This document shows positions 25,255-33,691 of a stretch of 34,370 nt of DNA, in pieces. The translations under genes and the position numbers were made by a program. Origin of the DNA: Candidatus Curtissbacteria bacterium RIFCSPHIGHO2_12_FULL_41_17 (GTDB taxonomy: Bacteria > Patescibacteriota > Microgenomatia > Curtissbacterales > GWA2-41-24); NCBI GenBank assembly GCA_001774945.1, contig MFBL01000058.1:1-34370 (forward strand), in the 5' to 3' direction. A model generated the notes under the pieces. The model worked only from the letters and a program-made list of their open reading frames with translations. It was not told the DNA's origin and did no database searches. Numbering within the stretch: position 1 is the first letter of the stretch; each line of letters begins with the position of its first letter.

Positions 25255-26565
25255 CTACGGATTAAAGCGGAAGCCCTGCCCTTTTACTGTTATTGTATGC
25301 TTAGGATTGTTGGGATCATCCTCGGTTTTTTTACGCAGGCGATAAATTAGCTGGTCAATTGCTTCGTCTGTGATACCCTCGGCGACTAGGGCTTGCGGCC
25401 AGACTGCTTTGATGATTTCATCGCGAGTTATAAGGCGGCCTTGATTTTCGATTAAAAACTGCAGCAGGCGATATTCTTGCGGCGAAAGCAGGTCAGTAAT
25501 CAGATTTTGCCCCCTCATTATCTCCTTTGTCTTCTCGTTAAAAGTAAATTTTTCCGAAATCAGAGTGGGAACAGTGCTTATTACAAATTCTTTTAACAAT
25601 GGGATAGTAAAAATATATTGTTGTATTGTTAAATTGCCTGCCTGCCGGCGAGGCAGGTTAGATTGTTCCAATTTCTTAAGCAAATCGAATTTAATAAGAT
25701 TCTCCAGGGTATCTTTCATCGGCTCTTTGTTTTGGGCAACTGACCTGAGAGCCTGTTGCTCCGGAGCAGTTAAGGCCAGCCAAATTTCGGAAAGGGTCGC
25801 TTGGACAATTTGTGTTTTAAGGAGAGTATCCATATCAAGCGAAATATTTTCCCTGAGATGTGATTCTGCCAAGACTTTAGTCAGTTTAATATGTCCGCCT
25901 GAAATATCTATGATTTTTTCTTTATCTTTTTGGGGAATTTTTTTGTCAAATACCCGTTCAATTTGCGAAAAGAGGAGATTAGTGGCAGCCTCGTCATGGA
26001 TTGCAAGATAGACAATATTGCCGGTAAAAAAATCATAGAAATCCTTCAAAATCTCCCCGTCAACAAGTTCTGTCAGATCTCTTCTGGTTGCAAAGGCTAC
26101 TGCAAATTTATATTTGGCGATACTTTTGAGGCTTCTTAACAGCTGAAAGAATGATCTGGGAATCCGGTTTTGATATTCGTCAAAGTGATCGAAAAGAAAA
26201 ATAATAGTTTGACCTTGTACAACAAGTTTATTGACAGCCTCGGTTAACTTTTTTGTCAGAACAAAGTAATCGCCAGTATTAGGCGCTTTTTCGTCGAGTG
26301 CTACAAGCAAAAACTTGGCGATCTGTTCCTCTTGATAGTTAGTATGTTCCAAATTTAAGTAGAGAAAACGGACAGCCTCCTCTTTTTCTTTAAGGTGGAA
26401 CTTTAGCAAATTGCGGTTATGGGAAAGAAGCCGAAGAATTGTGGCTTTGCCGGCACCGGGAATGCAGACAATTTGGCAGAATTTACCCGTAAGTACATAG
26501 TCTAATATTTGTTTGACTTCCCCCCGGCGGTAGTCGTTTGGGAATGTGGACTCGAAGATAAGCAT
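25255..26565 (-). CDS. P-loop (STAND/AAA-like) ATPase with C-terminal OmpR-type winged HTH
   Basis: 'IPGAGKAT', 'FLFDHFD'; C-terminal 'LSPQEYRLL..L..N.GR..TRDEI..AVW...IYRLRKK.EDDP..P....TVKGQGFRF'. Confidence 0.85.
   Translation of the reverse strand: MLIFESTFPNDYRRGEVKQILDYVLTGKFCQIVCIPGAGKATILRLLSHNRNLLKFHLKEKEEAVRFLYLNLEHTNYQEEQIAKFLLVALDEKAPNTGDYFVLTKKLTEAVNKLVVQGQTIIFLFDHFDEYQNRIPRSFFQLLRSLKSIAKYKFAVAFATRRDLTELVDGEILKDFYDFFTGNIVYLAIHDEAATNLLFSQIERVFDKKIPQKDKEKIIDISGGHIKLTKVLAESHLRENISLDMDTLLKTQIVQATLSEIWLALTAPEQQALRSVAQNKEPMKDTLENLIKFDLLKKLEQSNLPRRQAGNLTIQQYIFTIPLLKEFVISTVPTLISEKFTFNEKTKEIMRGQNLITDLLSPQEYRLLQFLIENQGRLITRDEIIKAVWPQALVAEGITDEAIDQLIYRLRKKTEDDPNNPKHTITVKGQGFRFNP
25613..25673. 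repeat. 8-nt array interrupted by a CCTGCC palindrome, in frame
   Basis: atatattg ttgtattg ttaaattg [cctgcctgccggcgaggcagg] ttagattg ttccaatt. Confidence 0.7.
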
Positions 26566-26579
26566 TCTAATAAGTTGTA

Positions 26580-26620
26580 TCGGTTACGGTAACGATGCCC
26601 GTTTCGTTTGTCGGTTACGT
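26580..26620 (-). repeat. 3' arm (inverted repeat) of four-helix-bundle cassette 2
   Basis: Imperfect inverted repeat of 27036-27070; includes the last codon and the stop. Confidence 0.8.
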
Positions 26621-27019
26621 GGTAAGTCTTTTGAACTTACTCCAAGCGATACTTAATTTGTAAAGCTGTCTTCCGGATTTATCGTAAATATCAACGAGTT
26701 GATCAATAATTTTCTTGTCTATGTTATATAGATCGCGAGCTTGCTCGAGGCTAACAATCGTCTCATTGCACTCGCCCATGGCATCGTCAAGGTACTTCTG
26801 AAAACCAGCCCTCTGATGCCGTTTAGCATAACCTTCTGCTATAAGCCTTGGAATTGCCTTTGCGGATCTTGCGAGTTGATCGTGAAGATCAAACTTCTCA
26901 CTGTTTGGTAGCTTGGGTAATACTTCTTTATAAACTATGATCATTGCTTTATAAGTATTTTGGTAGACTTCAAGATCTCTAAAGCTTTTTATAATAGTTT
27001 TGTTCCCTGAGCTGTTCAT
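26615..27019 (-). CDS. Four helix bundle protein (23S rRNA IVP / Avd-like family)
   Basis: 'IKSFRDLEVYQ...LPNSEKFDL.DQL.RSAKAIPRLIAEGY.KR....F.KYL..A.GE.NE'. Confidence 0.92.
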   Translation of the reverse strand: MNSSGNKTIIKSFRDLEVYQNTYKAMIIVYKEVLPKLPNSEKFDLHDQLARSAKAIPRLIAEGYAKRHQRAGFQKYLDDAMGECNETIVSLEQARDLYNIDKKIIDQLVDIYDKSGRQLYKLSIAWSKFKRLTT

Positions 27020-27035
27020 AATTCAGTACCCCTTA

Positions 27036-27076
27036 ACGTTACCCCTAAACGATACGGGCCTCGTAACCGATTAACG
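27036..27076 (-). repeat. 5' arm (inverted repeat) of four-helix-bundle cassette 2
   Basis: Coding strand reads cgttaatcggttacgaggcccgtatcgtttaggggtaacgt; a TATAAT lies just upstream (27095-27090). Confidence 0.8.
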
Positions 27077-27228
27077 CTAAACTAATCAAATTATAAGCGA
27101 AATATAAGGAACTTGTTACCCAGATATCAAGCGAAGCTGGAAGCACTTGTGTAGGATTTGGGGCTATGAATGAACATTCGGTTGCAATTGGAAGTCCGAG
27201 ATCTTATCCTATAAGTAGAGGCAATATT

Positions 27229-30200
27229 ATGGCCGAGCCTGCAGTTCGGGAAGAAACTTCCAGTCAAACTCCATCTGCCCAGAATGAAGAGGTCGAAAGA
27301 AATCTCCAAGATAGAGAGCGTGAGCGGGGGCGTAAGGCCAGAGCGGAGCAAACCCGAAGGAAAGAGATAGAAAAAAAAGCGGAAAAGTTCAAGCAAATAA
27401 AGCTCACGTTTGCCCAGCAAAAAAAAATTGCCGATGTAGTCAGTAGAGTTCAGGCAGAGAAACAAGCCGCAGTTTTTCCAAGACAATTAGCGGAGTTTAA
27501 AGCATTACTTGCCAAAACTAAGGCATACGGCAGAATTCACCTGTTGAGGATGAAGCCGCAAGAAATTGTGGCAGAAACCCAACTTCTTTTGCGTTATGCA
27601 CAAAGGGAGACACTAACCCCAAGCGATTTACCCGAGCTGTCGCGGGTTCCCTTAAAAAACAGAGAAGTGAAGCGAAAGTTAATTGAAAAAGAGGTAGAGA
27701 AAGCCGCAAGTCTCGATGAGGAAGAGTTAACTCCTGACAAAATAAAAGAGCATTTGCAGATAGCGGGAATCGAAGAGGCTGGTACAGAACTGCCAACTGC
27801 TTTGGATGAAGTGAAGTGGGTTGAGGCAGACGAGCACCTTGAAGAAATAACTGACAGGGAAAGAGCCGAAGAAATTTTGCGCCAACATGGGATAAAAGAT
27901 GAGCTCCCGAAAAAATGGGAAGAAATGACGCCACTTCAGAGAGTCGAGTGGCAGGAAGAACATTCAATATTTAGCCACGCAACAAATCGAGAGGAAGACG
28001 AGATTTTCTACACGGCTCCAGAAATCGATCTAGCTAAGCTCTCTGCTGCAGTAGGAGATGTCAAAAGCGAGGCACCCCTTGAAACGCTTCTAAGAGAAGA
28101 GGTTGCAGAGAAATTGAGGGTTGCAGAAGTTGGAGCTCAGATTCCAGAGGAATGGAATGATATGGATGTTGCACGCAGGTTAGATATTCTGGCGGGAACA
28201 GGTATTGTCAATGAGGTTGAGCCGCCTATAGAAACCGTGAAAATAGGAGAGAAGGAGTACCGTGTCTGGGAAGACAAAACCGGCAGAAAGGTAATATTCG
28301 GCTTTCAGACGCTTAGCAAGAAAGAGGTAGAAGCTGTTTTCAAAAAGCTTGGCGTCAAGGTTAAACTTCCGAGGGATTGGGATAATCCGGCAGTGATAAG
28401 GCCAGATGGTACTCGGATCAAAGGAAGAAAGAAAATTGGAGAGGCTGGAAGAGGAGTTTGGATGGACGAGAAGCAACTTTGGCTGGAGGCCAAAGGGGTG
28501 CAGACAATTCTTGCGTCTAAGGACAAAGGTGATTATTCACTTTTAGAACCAAGATCGTTGGGGTTAACATCTGGGCAAGTCAAAGAACTTTATGGCTTTG
28601 ATCCAGGGAGGGATTGGTATCTTTTGTCTGCTAGTGATCGGGCAAAAGTCTTTATGTCGCATGGTTATATACAGTCTGTGGGAGGAGGCGCATTTGAGCA
28701 TCCGGAATGGAACGATGTTGTTGGCGAAAAAAATCCTCTTGACCCAATTGATCCTGTGACAAATCCGGCGACACTTAATCCGGGTGCCAATGTCAGAATC
28801 CCCCTTGCTGAAATTATTAAAAGGCGGCTAAGACTTGTTACAGAAGGACGGGCAATTTCGGGGCCAGTTCCTGCGGGAGCTCTACCCCATGATTGGGATG
28901 AATTACATACCGCAATGCTTGCCCAGACAGCCAGAATGACAGCTGCCGATTATAAAAATTTCGGTGACATAATGGGTAACTGGGAGGAAATGAACAAGCT
29001 TGTTCGCTGGGTTTCTGCCTCTGGGGAACCTCATAATGAAATGATATTAGATTGGATCCTCCCGCAAACCATAAGATTGGATATTCAAACTAAAATAACT
29101 GCACTCGACGCAGAAATCACTGCAAGGGTGGCAGCATTGCCGCCTCAAGCACGCATGGCACTGTTTAACGATTTAAAAGATAAGAGTGTTGATTTGTTAA
29201 ATTCCCTAAAGAGCGGTTGGTACAGTGAGGAATATATTAGGGATGAGTTACTTAAGAAAGCCCGAGAAAGTACGCTTAATACATTTCCTGGCTACGAGGG
29301 TATAAGGGAATGGTTTGTTTGGCAAAGGGAATTCCCCAATGTTCAAGCAATTATGGAAGAATTCCGGGAGCTTAAAGCAGTTACGGATCCAGCAGAAATG
29401 GAAACGGTTGTCAGGCGCGGCTTAATGAAAGTTATGGCTACAGCACTTAATGCTCAAGATGTGCAAAATTACTACCAGAGAATTCTGTCGCTGCTGCAGG
29501 ACTATCCGCGTTTCCAAAGCAAAGAATTCTTGGAACAAGCAAATAGGCTTTACGGCATGGTGAATGCCCATTTAATGGTTACAAAAGAATACCTGACTTC
29601 CCAAGGAGACCAGGGCGACCCGGCCAAAGAACTTCAAGTTTATCAGGAAATTAACGATTATTTGGCAGAAAGGGGAATAAATACATGGGAACTGCTTTTA
29701 AAGTCCTTCAGGATGACCTATACAGACGGTCGAGCAATTGAGGGGGACGATAAGCTGCCGATTTTGGATGCTGCTGGTAACGAATATGATTTTAATCTGC
29801 TTTCCGATGCGCTTAATGTTTACTACTTTTGGTTGGCTCAGGAAAAGCTAATGTTTAACGAAATTGTAAGATTCCAGCGTGAGGGCGGTGCCTTAAATGC
29901 AGCAGTTTTTGCCGCCTGCGGAGTACCACCCCCTGCCGTTTTTTCACGAGATGGGCTTGAGGCCTGGGCTCGCAGAAACACCTTTTTGCAAGCGAACAAT
30001 GAGCCACGTATTTTGCCTGATGGCACACCCGGTACAAATTTCGAGTACCAGAATTTGATGATGAAAGAGCGCATAAAGGATTTTCTGCAAGATTTTAGAG
30101 GTATCGACCCGGCGATCTTGAACAGAGTCCCAGGAGTGAAAGGGCGAATGGAGCGGTTACTGGATTCTGTTAATTTGGCGGCCTTCAGGTGGGTGAGGGT

Positions 30201-31239
30201 TAAGGGCCTTTCGGAATATGACGGACTTCAGGTTTATGGCGCTGATAGGCATAGACAAAGCGTTCTTTATGGGGACCACACGCCTTTCTTTTGTCGGGAA
30301 ATAGACAATATCTGGTGGCATAATTCCAATGAGGAGAGAGGACGGGCAAGAGAGGTTAACGATATTATGGAAGAACAATTCAGGGGTTACCAGTTGCCCA
30401 CAGTCAGAAAGCTTGTGCGTTTTACCGATATTATGTTCTTTAAGGCAGCAAATTCTCCGCTTTTGCGTGACCCTGCAGGTTTTACTGCCGAATTTGGTGT
30501 TGCTCTGCCGGCTAACCCTACAATCAAAAATGCAGTAGATGGGCTAAAAGCCCAATATGTTGCCGGGCGTAAAACCAATGAGGCTAATGCCGAAGGCGAG
30601 GCAATCGCGGACATGATTGATCGAGGTTATATCCGCTTCGGATGGTTGCCAAATCCGGGAGAGAATCCTAACAACGTGTTGATTAACTGGGAAGAAGAGG
30701 TCGTAGACGCTACCCGCTTTAACTTTGTTGATTTTTCGGGTGACAGAGCAAAAGCTAAAAAAATGTTTGAGGAGTCAATGCAGAATTATATATTAAATCC
30801 GACATTCGAGAATTTAATGAAATGGTACAGAGAAGACTTTTATTCAAAGCGAACCAAGAGGATGTTCCCAAATTTTAAAATGGCGCTTAAGGCGCATTAT
30901 GAAGTTATGAGGAGAGTCAAGACGACGTTTAACCGCCAGGAGAATATTTCCGCTCCTGTAATGTGGGCAAATATCCAAACAGCCATGGAATCGGGAATGA
31001 TTACCATTGCTGATGCTGAAGACCTGAAAAGGGATATCTTGGGTATTGGTCCAAGGTGGCTGAGGATTCCGGGAATCGGGCCAGTCCGCTATGCAAGGAT
31101 GTGGGCAGATTTCAGCTATTATGTAGGCAAACAAGTCTATAGCCCAGCGGGTATTGCAGGCAATATATTCTCCGCACTTTTCCAGTTTTTCGCAGAAGCT
31201 TTTAAACAATCAGCACAACAATTCGGGGCAACTCGCTAG
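27229..31239 (+). CDS. Very large hypothetical protein (~1336 aa) with internal repeats
   Basis: Long uninterrupted ORF; ATG at 27229 follows AGAGG (ORF is open from 27166); no recognised domain. Confidence 0.8.
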   Translation: MAEPAVREETSSQTPSAQNEEVERNLQDRERERGRKARAEQTRRKEIEKKAEKFKQIKLTFAQQKKIADVVSRVQAEKQAAVFPRQLAEFKALLAKTKAYGRIHLLRMKPQEIVAETQLLLRYAQRETLTPSDLPELSRVPLKNREVKRKLIEKEVEKAASLDEEELTPDKIKEHLQIAGIEEAGTELPTALDEVKWVEADEHLEEITDRERAEEILRQHGIKDELPKKWEEMTPLQRVEWQEEHSIFSHATNREEDEIFYTAPEIDLAKLSAAVGDVKSEAPLETLLREEVAEKLRVAEVGAQIPEEWNDMDVARRLDILAGTGIVNEVEPPIETVKIGEKEYRVWEDKTGRKVIFGFQTLSKKEVEAVFKKLGVKVKLPRDWDNPAVIRPDGTRIKGRKKIGEAGRGVWMDEKQLWLEAKGVQTILASKDKGDYSLLEPRSLGLTSGQVKELYGFDPGRDWYLLSASDRAKVFMSHGYIQSVGGGAFEHPEWNDVVGEKNPLDPIDPVTNPATLNPGANVRIPLAEIIKRRLRLVTEGRAISGPVPAGALPHDWDELHTAMLAQTARMTAADYKNFGDIMGNWEEMNKLVRWVSASGEPHNEMILDWILPQTIRLDIQTKITALDAEITARVAALPPQARMALFNDLKDKSVDLLNSLKSGWYSEEYIRDELLKKARESTLNTFPGYEGIREWFVWQREFPNVQAIMEEFRELKAVTDPAEMETVVRRGLMKVMATALNAQDVQNYYQRILSLLQDYPRFQSKEFLEQANRLYGMVNAHLMVTKEYLTSQGDQGDPAKELQVYQEINDYLAERGINTWELLLKSFRMTYTDGRAIEGDDKLPILDAAGNEYDFNLLSDALNVYYFWLAQEKLMFNEIVRFQREGGALNAAVFAACGVPPPAVFSRDGLEAWARRNTFLQANNEPRILPDGTPGTNFEYQNLMMKERIKDFLQDFRGIDPAILNRVPGVKGRMERLLDSVNLAAFRWVRVKGLSEYDGLQVYGADRHRQSVLYGDHTPFFCREIDNIWWHNSNEERGRAREVNDIMEEQFRGYQLPTVRKLVRFTDIMFFKAANSPLLRDPAGFTAEFGVALPANPTIKNAVDGLKAQYVAGRKTNEANAEGEAIADMIDRGYIRFGWLPNPGENPNNVLINWEEEVVDATRFNFVDFSGDRAKAKKMFEESMQNYILNPTFENLMKWYREDFYSKRTKRMFPNFKMALKAHYEVMRRVKTTFNRQENISAPVMWANIQTAMESGMITIADAEDLKRDILGIGPRWLRIPGIGPVRYARMWADFSYYVGKQVYSPAGIAGNIFSALFQFFAEAFKQSAQQFGATR

Positions 31240-32828
31240 CCACCTGAGCCATCATCAGGAGGTCTTCTTCCGAGATACAATTCTCTTCTTTTTCTTGCGG
31301 CGCTTCCGAGGAAGCCTGGGAGTTTTGTTGCTCTGTCCTCTTGTGCTGCCTGACCGGCTGATTGGAATGCGCCCCTTACATGTCCCACAGCTGCCCTTGC
31401 GCCTGATCCTGTATAGGCTACTCCTGCACCTGCGCCGAGGGCGCCGCCGATTGCGCCTCCGACTCCTGCTCCGCCGCCAAGACCTTTTGCGCCGATTGCT
31501 TCTTTGATCATCTTTGCCGCCTCCGGAGTCATAAATAAGACTCCGAGTGCGATTATTTTACCAATTGCAGCCGGCTCAAATCCACCGACGAGTAAAGGGA
31601 ACTTGAGAGCCCCTGAATCTGCTCCACCAAATGCACCTTCACCCTTTCCGCCAAAGGCCTCGATGCCGCCTACAATGCCGGCGAAAATGATCATTAAGGC
31701 AACTGTCGGGAAAACAGAAAGGTTGGCAGCCATTTGCTTAAACCACTCTTTGGCGCCGTTGTTGCCCGGAAGCGCCTGGATTAAAAAATAAAAAGGGGAA
31801 GCTATAGTCATAATAAGAATCATCACATAGGCCATCAAAAGCATTAGAAAAACCCTGAACATGATAAAAAGGGCGGCAATACCGACTATCAGACCGGCTA
31901 GTCCGGCTAACGGCCATTTACCAAGAAATTTAATGATATCGATGAGTGTTCCCCCACTGTCAAATATTGTATCGAGAAAGCTTGCAATAGCTTGGGCGGT
32001 TGTCACAAAAATTTCACCCCAGGAGCTAGTAATAACGCCGAAGATGCTTTTATCAAAGGCCACACCTTTAGCTGTATCTGGATCGATCAGTGTACCTGGT
32101 AATGCGTTTATAATAACGTTTAAACCCAGAAACATTAAGTCGATCATTAGACCAGCAATGGCATAGCTAAAGGTGACAAGTATTAAAGCAACAACTATTC
32201 TTGGCAGAGAGTCCTGAACAGTAGCCACAGCTTGCGGTGAAATGTGGGCTCGAAACATTATCATAAAGCCCATGATCACAAAAATTATTACAAACCCAAG
32301 ATAAGCAATATTCCTGAAGGCTTCCCAGAGTGCTTTGACAGGCTCTAATGCTCCATAGCCAAAACCCTGCGCATAGGCAGGCTGAACAGGGTTAAATTTC
32401 TGGATTTGCTGGGCGAAATACTGGACGCCGGAGGCTGGCGGTTTTGAGTATAGGCTGGCAACAAGATTGGAAGTGGCGGCCAAAGCGCCGCGACCGGCTG
32501 TGACCTCGTCTGTTTCGGGGTGAAGCAGAGAGATGCCCAAAAGATGGGTATTGAGGCTGTCGATGGTACCGGCGATTTGGTTCAGGTTAAATACCTTGTC
32601 GTCAAAGGCGTTCTTCTTAATCGCGCATTTGTTTATTACGTCGATAGCTTGCTGGGCTGTTGCATCATCTGGAATTTGACATTCGGCTGTGGGGCTGGGG
32701 GATGGTCCGACGGCGTGGGCGGGGCGGGGGGCAACGATAAACAATAAACTAGAAACTAGAAACAAGAAACTTACGGCAAGAAGCGTTAAGCGTTTAGCGT
32801 TTAGCGTTAAGCAGGCAGCGATTCTCAT
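31236..32828 (-). CDS. VirB6/TrbL-like polytopic membrane protein with signal peptide
   Basis: 'LWEAFRNIAY', 'LPRIVVALILVTFSYAIAGLMID', 'SPFYFL...LPG....W', Gly-rich tail; ATG at 32828, AHA cleavage site. Confidence 0.7.
   Translation of the reverse strand: MRIAACLTLNAKRLTLLAVSFLFLVSSLLFIVAPRPAHAVGPSPSPTAECQIPDDATAQQAIDVINKCAIKKNAFDDKVFNLNQIAGTIDSLNTHLLGISLLHPETDEVTAGRGALAATSNLVASLYSKPPASGVQYFAQQIQKFNPVQPAYAQGFGYGALEPVKALWEAFRNIAYLGFVIIFVIMGFMIMFRAHISPQAVATVQDSLPRIVVALILVTFSYAIAGLMIDLMFLGLNVIINALPGTLIDPDTAKGVAFDKSIFGVITSSWGEIFVTTAQAIASFLDTIFDSGGTLIDIIKFLGKWPLAGLAGLIVGIAALFIMFRVFLMLLMAYVMILIMTIASPFYFLIQALPGNNGAKEWFKQMAANLSVFPTVALMIIFAGIVGGIEAFGGKGEGAFGGADSGALKFPLLVGGFEPAAIGKIIALGVLFMTPEAAKMIKEAIGAKGLGGGAGVGGAIGGALGAGAGVAYTGSGARAAVGHVRGAFQSAGQAAQEDRATKLPGFLGSAARKRRELYLGRRPPDDGSGG
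32736..32814. repeat. Two adjacent 5 x 7-nt arrays encoding a signal peptide
   Basis: gataaac aataaac tagaaac tagaaac aagaaac; gaagcgt taagcgt ttagcgt ttagcgt taagcag. Confidence 0.8.
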
Positions 32829-32892
32829 CCTTCGACCCTTCGGTAAGCTCAGGGCAAGCACTTCGATAAACTCAGTGCATGCAAGCTCAGGA
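32828..32892. repeat. Nested family A REP-like hairpins
   Basis: tccttcga[cccttcggtaagctcaggg]caa[gcacttcgataaactcagtgc]atgcaagctcagga. Confidence 0.75.
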
Positions 32893-32960
32893 CGAGTGCA
32901 GGCTATAAAGTCTGAAACTCGAACTAATTTAATCTTAAGTCTAAATATTTACTGCGTCAA

Positions 32961-33425
32961 CTACCGCGTAAAATCTTCCAGAATTATCGTTTTAATCTCT
33001 TTAACCTGGTGCCATCTGCGGTCGTTGCCGATGATTGCTTTTGCGCCGGATTCGATGGCTGTTGCAATATGAATAGCGTCCGGGGTTCGCAAGTTATACT
33101 TAGCGCGAATTTTGGCTGCTTCGGTGGCGATTTGTTCGTCAGTAGCAAAGAGAGAAAAATTGGGTAGAGCTTTTATTAAGGTTTTATAGGCGAGAGCTAA
33201 TTGGTGACGACCCAGCCTGTAGGGTTTAATAAGAATTTCAGTGATGATCATGGTTGAACCGCTGGCTTGAATATTACCATTTGGTAAAAGTTCTTTAAAA
33301 ATAATTCTGGTGAGCTCTAAATATTTCCGGTTTTTTTCAATATGGTAAATGAAGCAGGAGCTATCAAGAGAAACATTTTTGGATTTTTTAAGAGTTTGTT
33401 TGAAGTTTTTTAATCGCGGTCCCAC
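32961..33425 (-). CDS. vapC: PIN-domain toxin, VapC family
   Basis: 'LDSSCFIY', 'ITEIL', 'LRTPDAIHIATA', 'GND'. Confidence 0.88.
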   Translation of the reverse strand: MGPRLKNFKQTLKKSKNVSLDSSCFIYHIEKNRKYLELTRIIFKELLPNGNIQASGSTMIITEILIKPYRLGRHQLALAYKTLIKALPNFSLFATDEQIATEAAKIRAKYNLRTPDAIHIATAIESGAKAIIGNDRRWHQVKEIKTIILEDFTR

Positions 33426-33652
33426 GAGTTTCTTTCTTCTTCTAAGTATTTTTCGCCTTTACCACCCCAGATCTCTTTACCTAGGCCTTCCAGTAGCTGT
33501 CCGGCTTGTTTGGGATCTGCGACGATTACACCAAGGCCGTTTTCGTACAGAATAGTTGCTTTTGAGCCTACTTTAATGCCAATTGCCTCCCTCGCTTTTT
33601 TGGGAATGACTATTTGGGCTTTTTTACCGATAGTGATAGTAACTATTTGCAT
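33410..33652 (-). CDS. AbrB/MazE-type antitoxin
   Basis: 'IGKKAQIVIPKKAREAIGIKVG'; overlaps the vapC start. Confidence 0.88.
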   Translation of the reverse strand: MQIVTITIGKKAQIVIPKKAREAIGIKVGSKATILYENGLGVIVADPKQAGQLLEGLGKEIWGGKGEKYLEEERNSWDRD

Positions 33653-33661
33653 ATTTCCTAC

Positions 33662-33691
33662 AATTTACCAAAAATTCATACTTTTTGTCAA
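33662..33691 (-). promoter_or_regulatory. sigma70 promoter of the TA operon
   Basis: TTGACA, 18-nt spacer ending TGG, then TAAATT, 9 nt before the ATG. Confidence 0.6.

Noticed and set aside
15158-27019. 23S rRNA intervening sequences
   Set aside because: No rRNA sequence flanks either four-helix-bundle gene; both sit between protein genes.
15866-32828. Integrative conjugative element or prophage (Gly-rich protein as tape measure)
   Set aside because: No integrase, relaxase, att-like ends or phage structural genes are visible, and the cluster abuts core replication genes.
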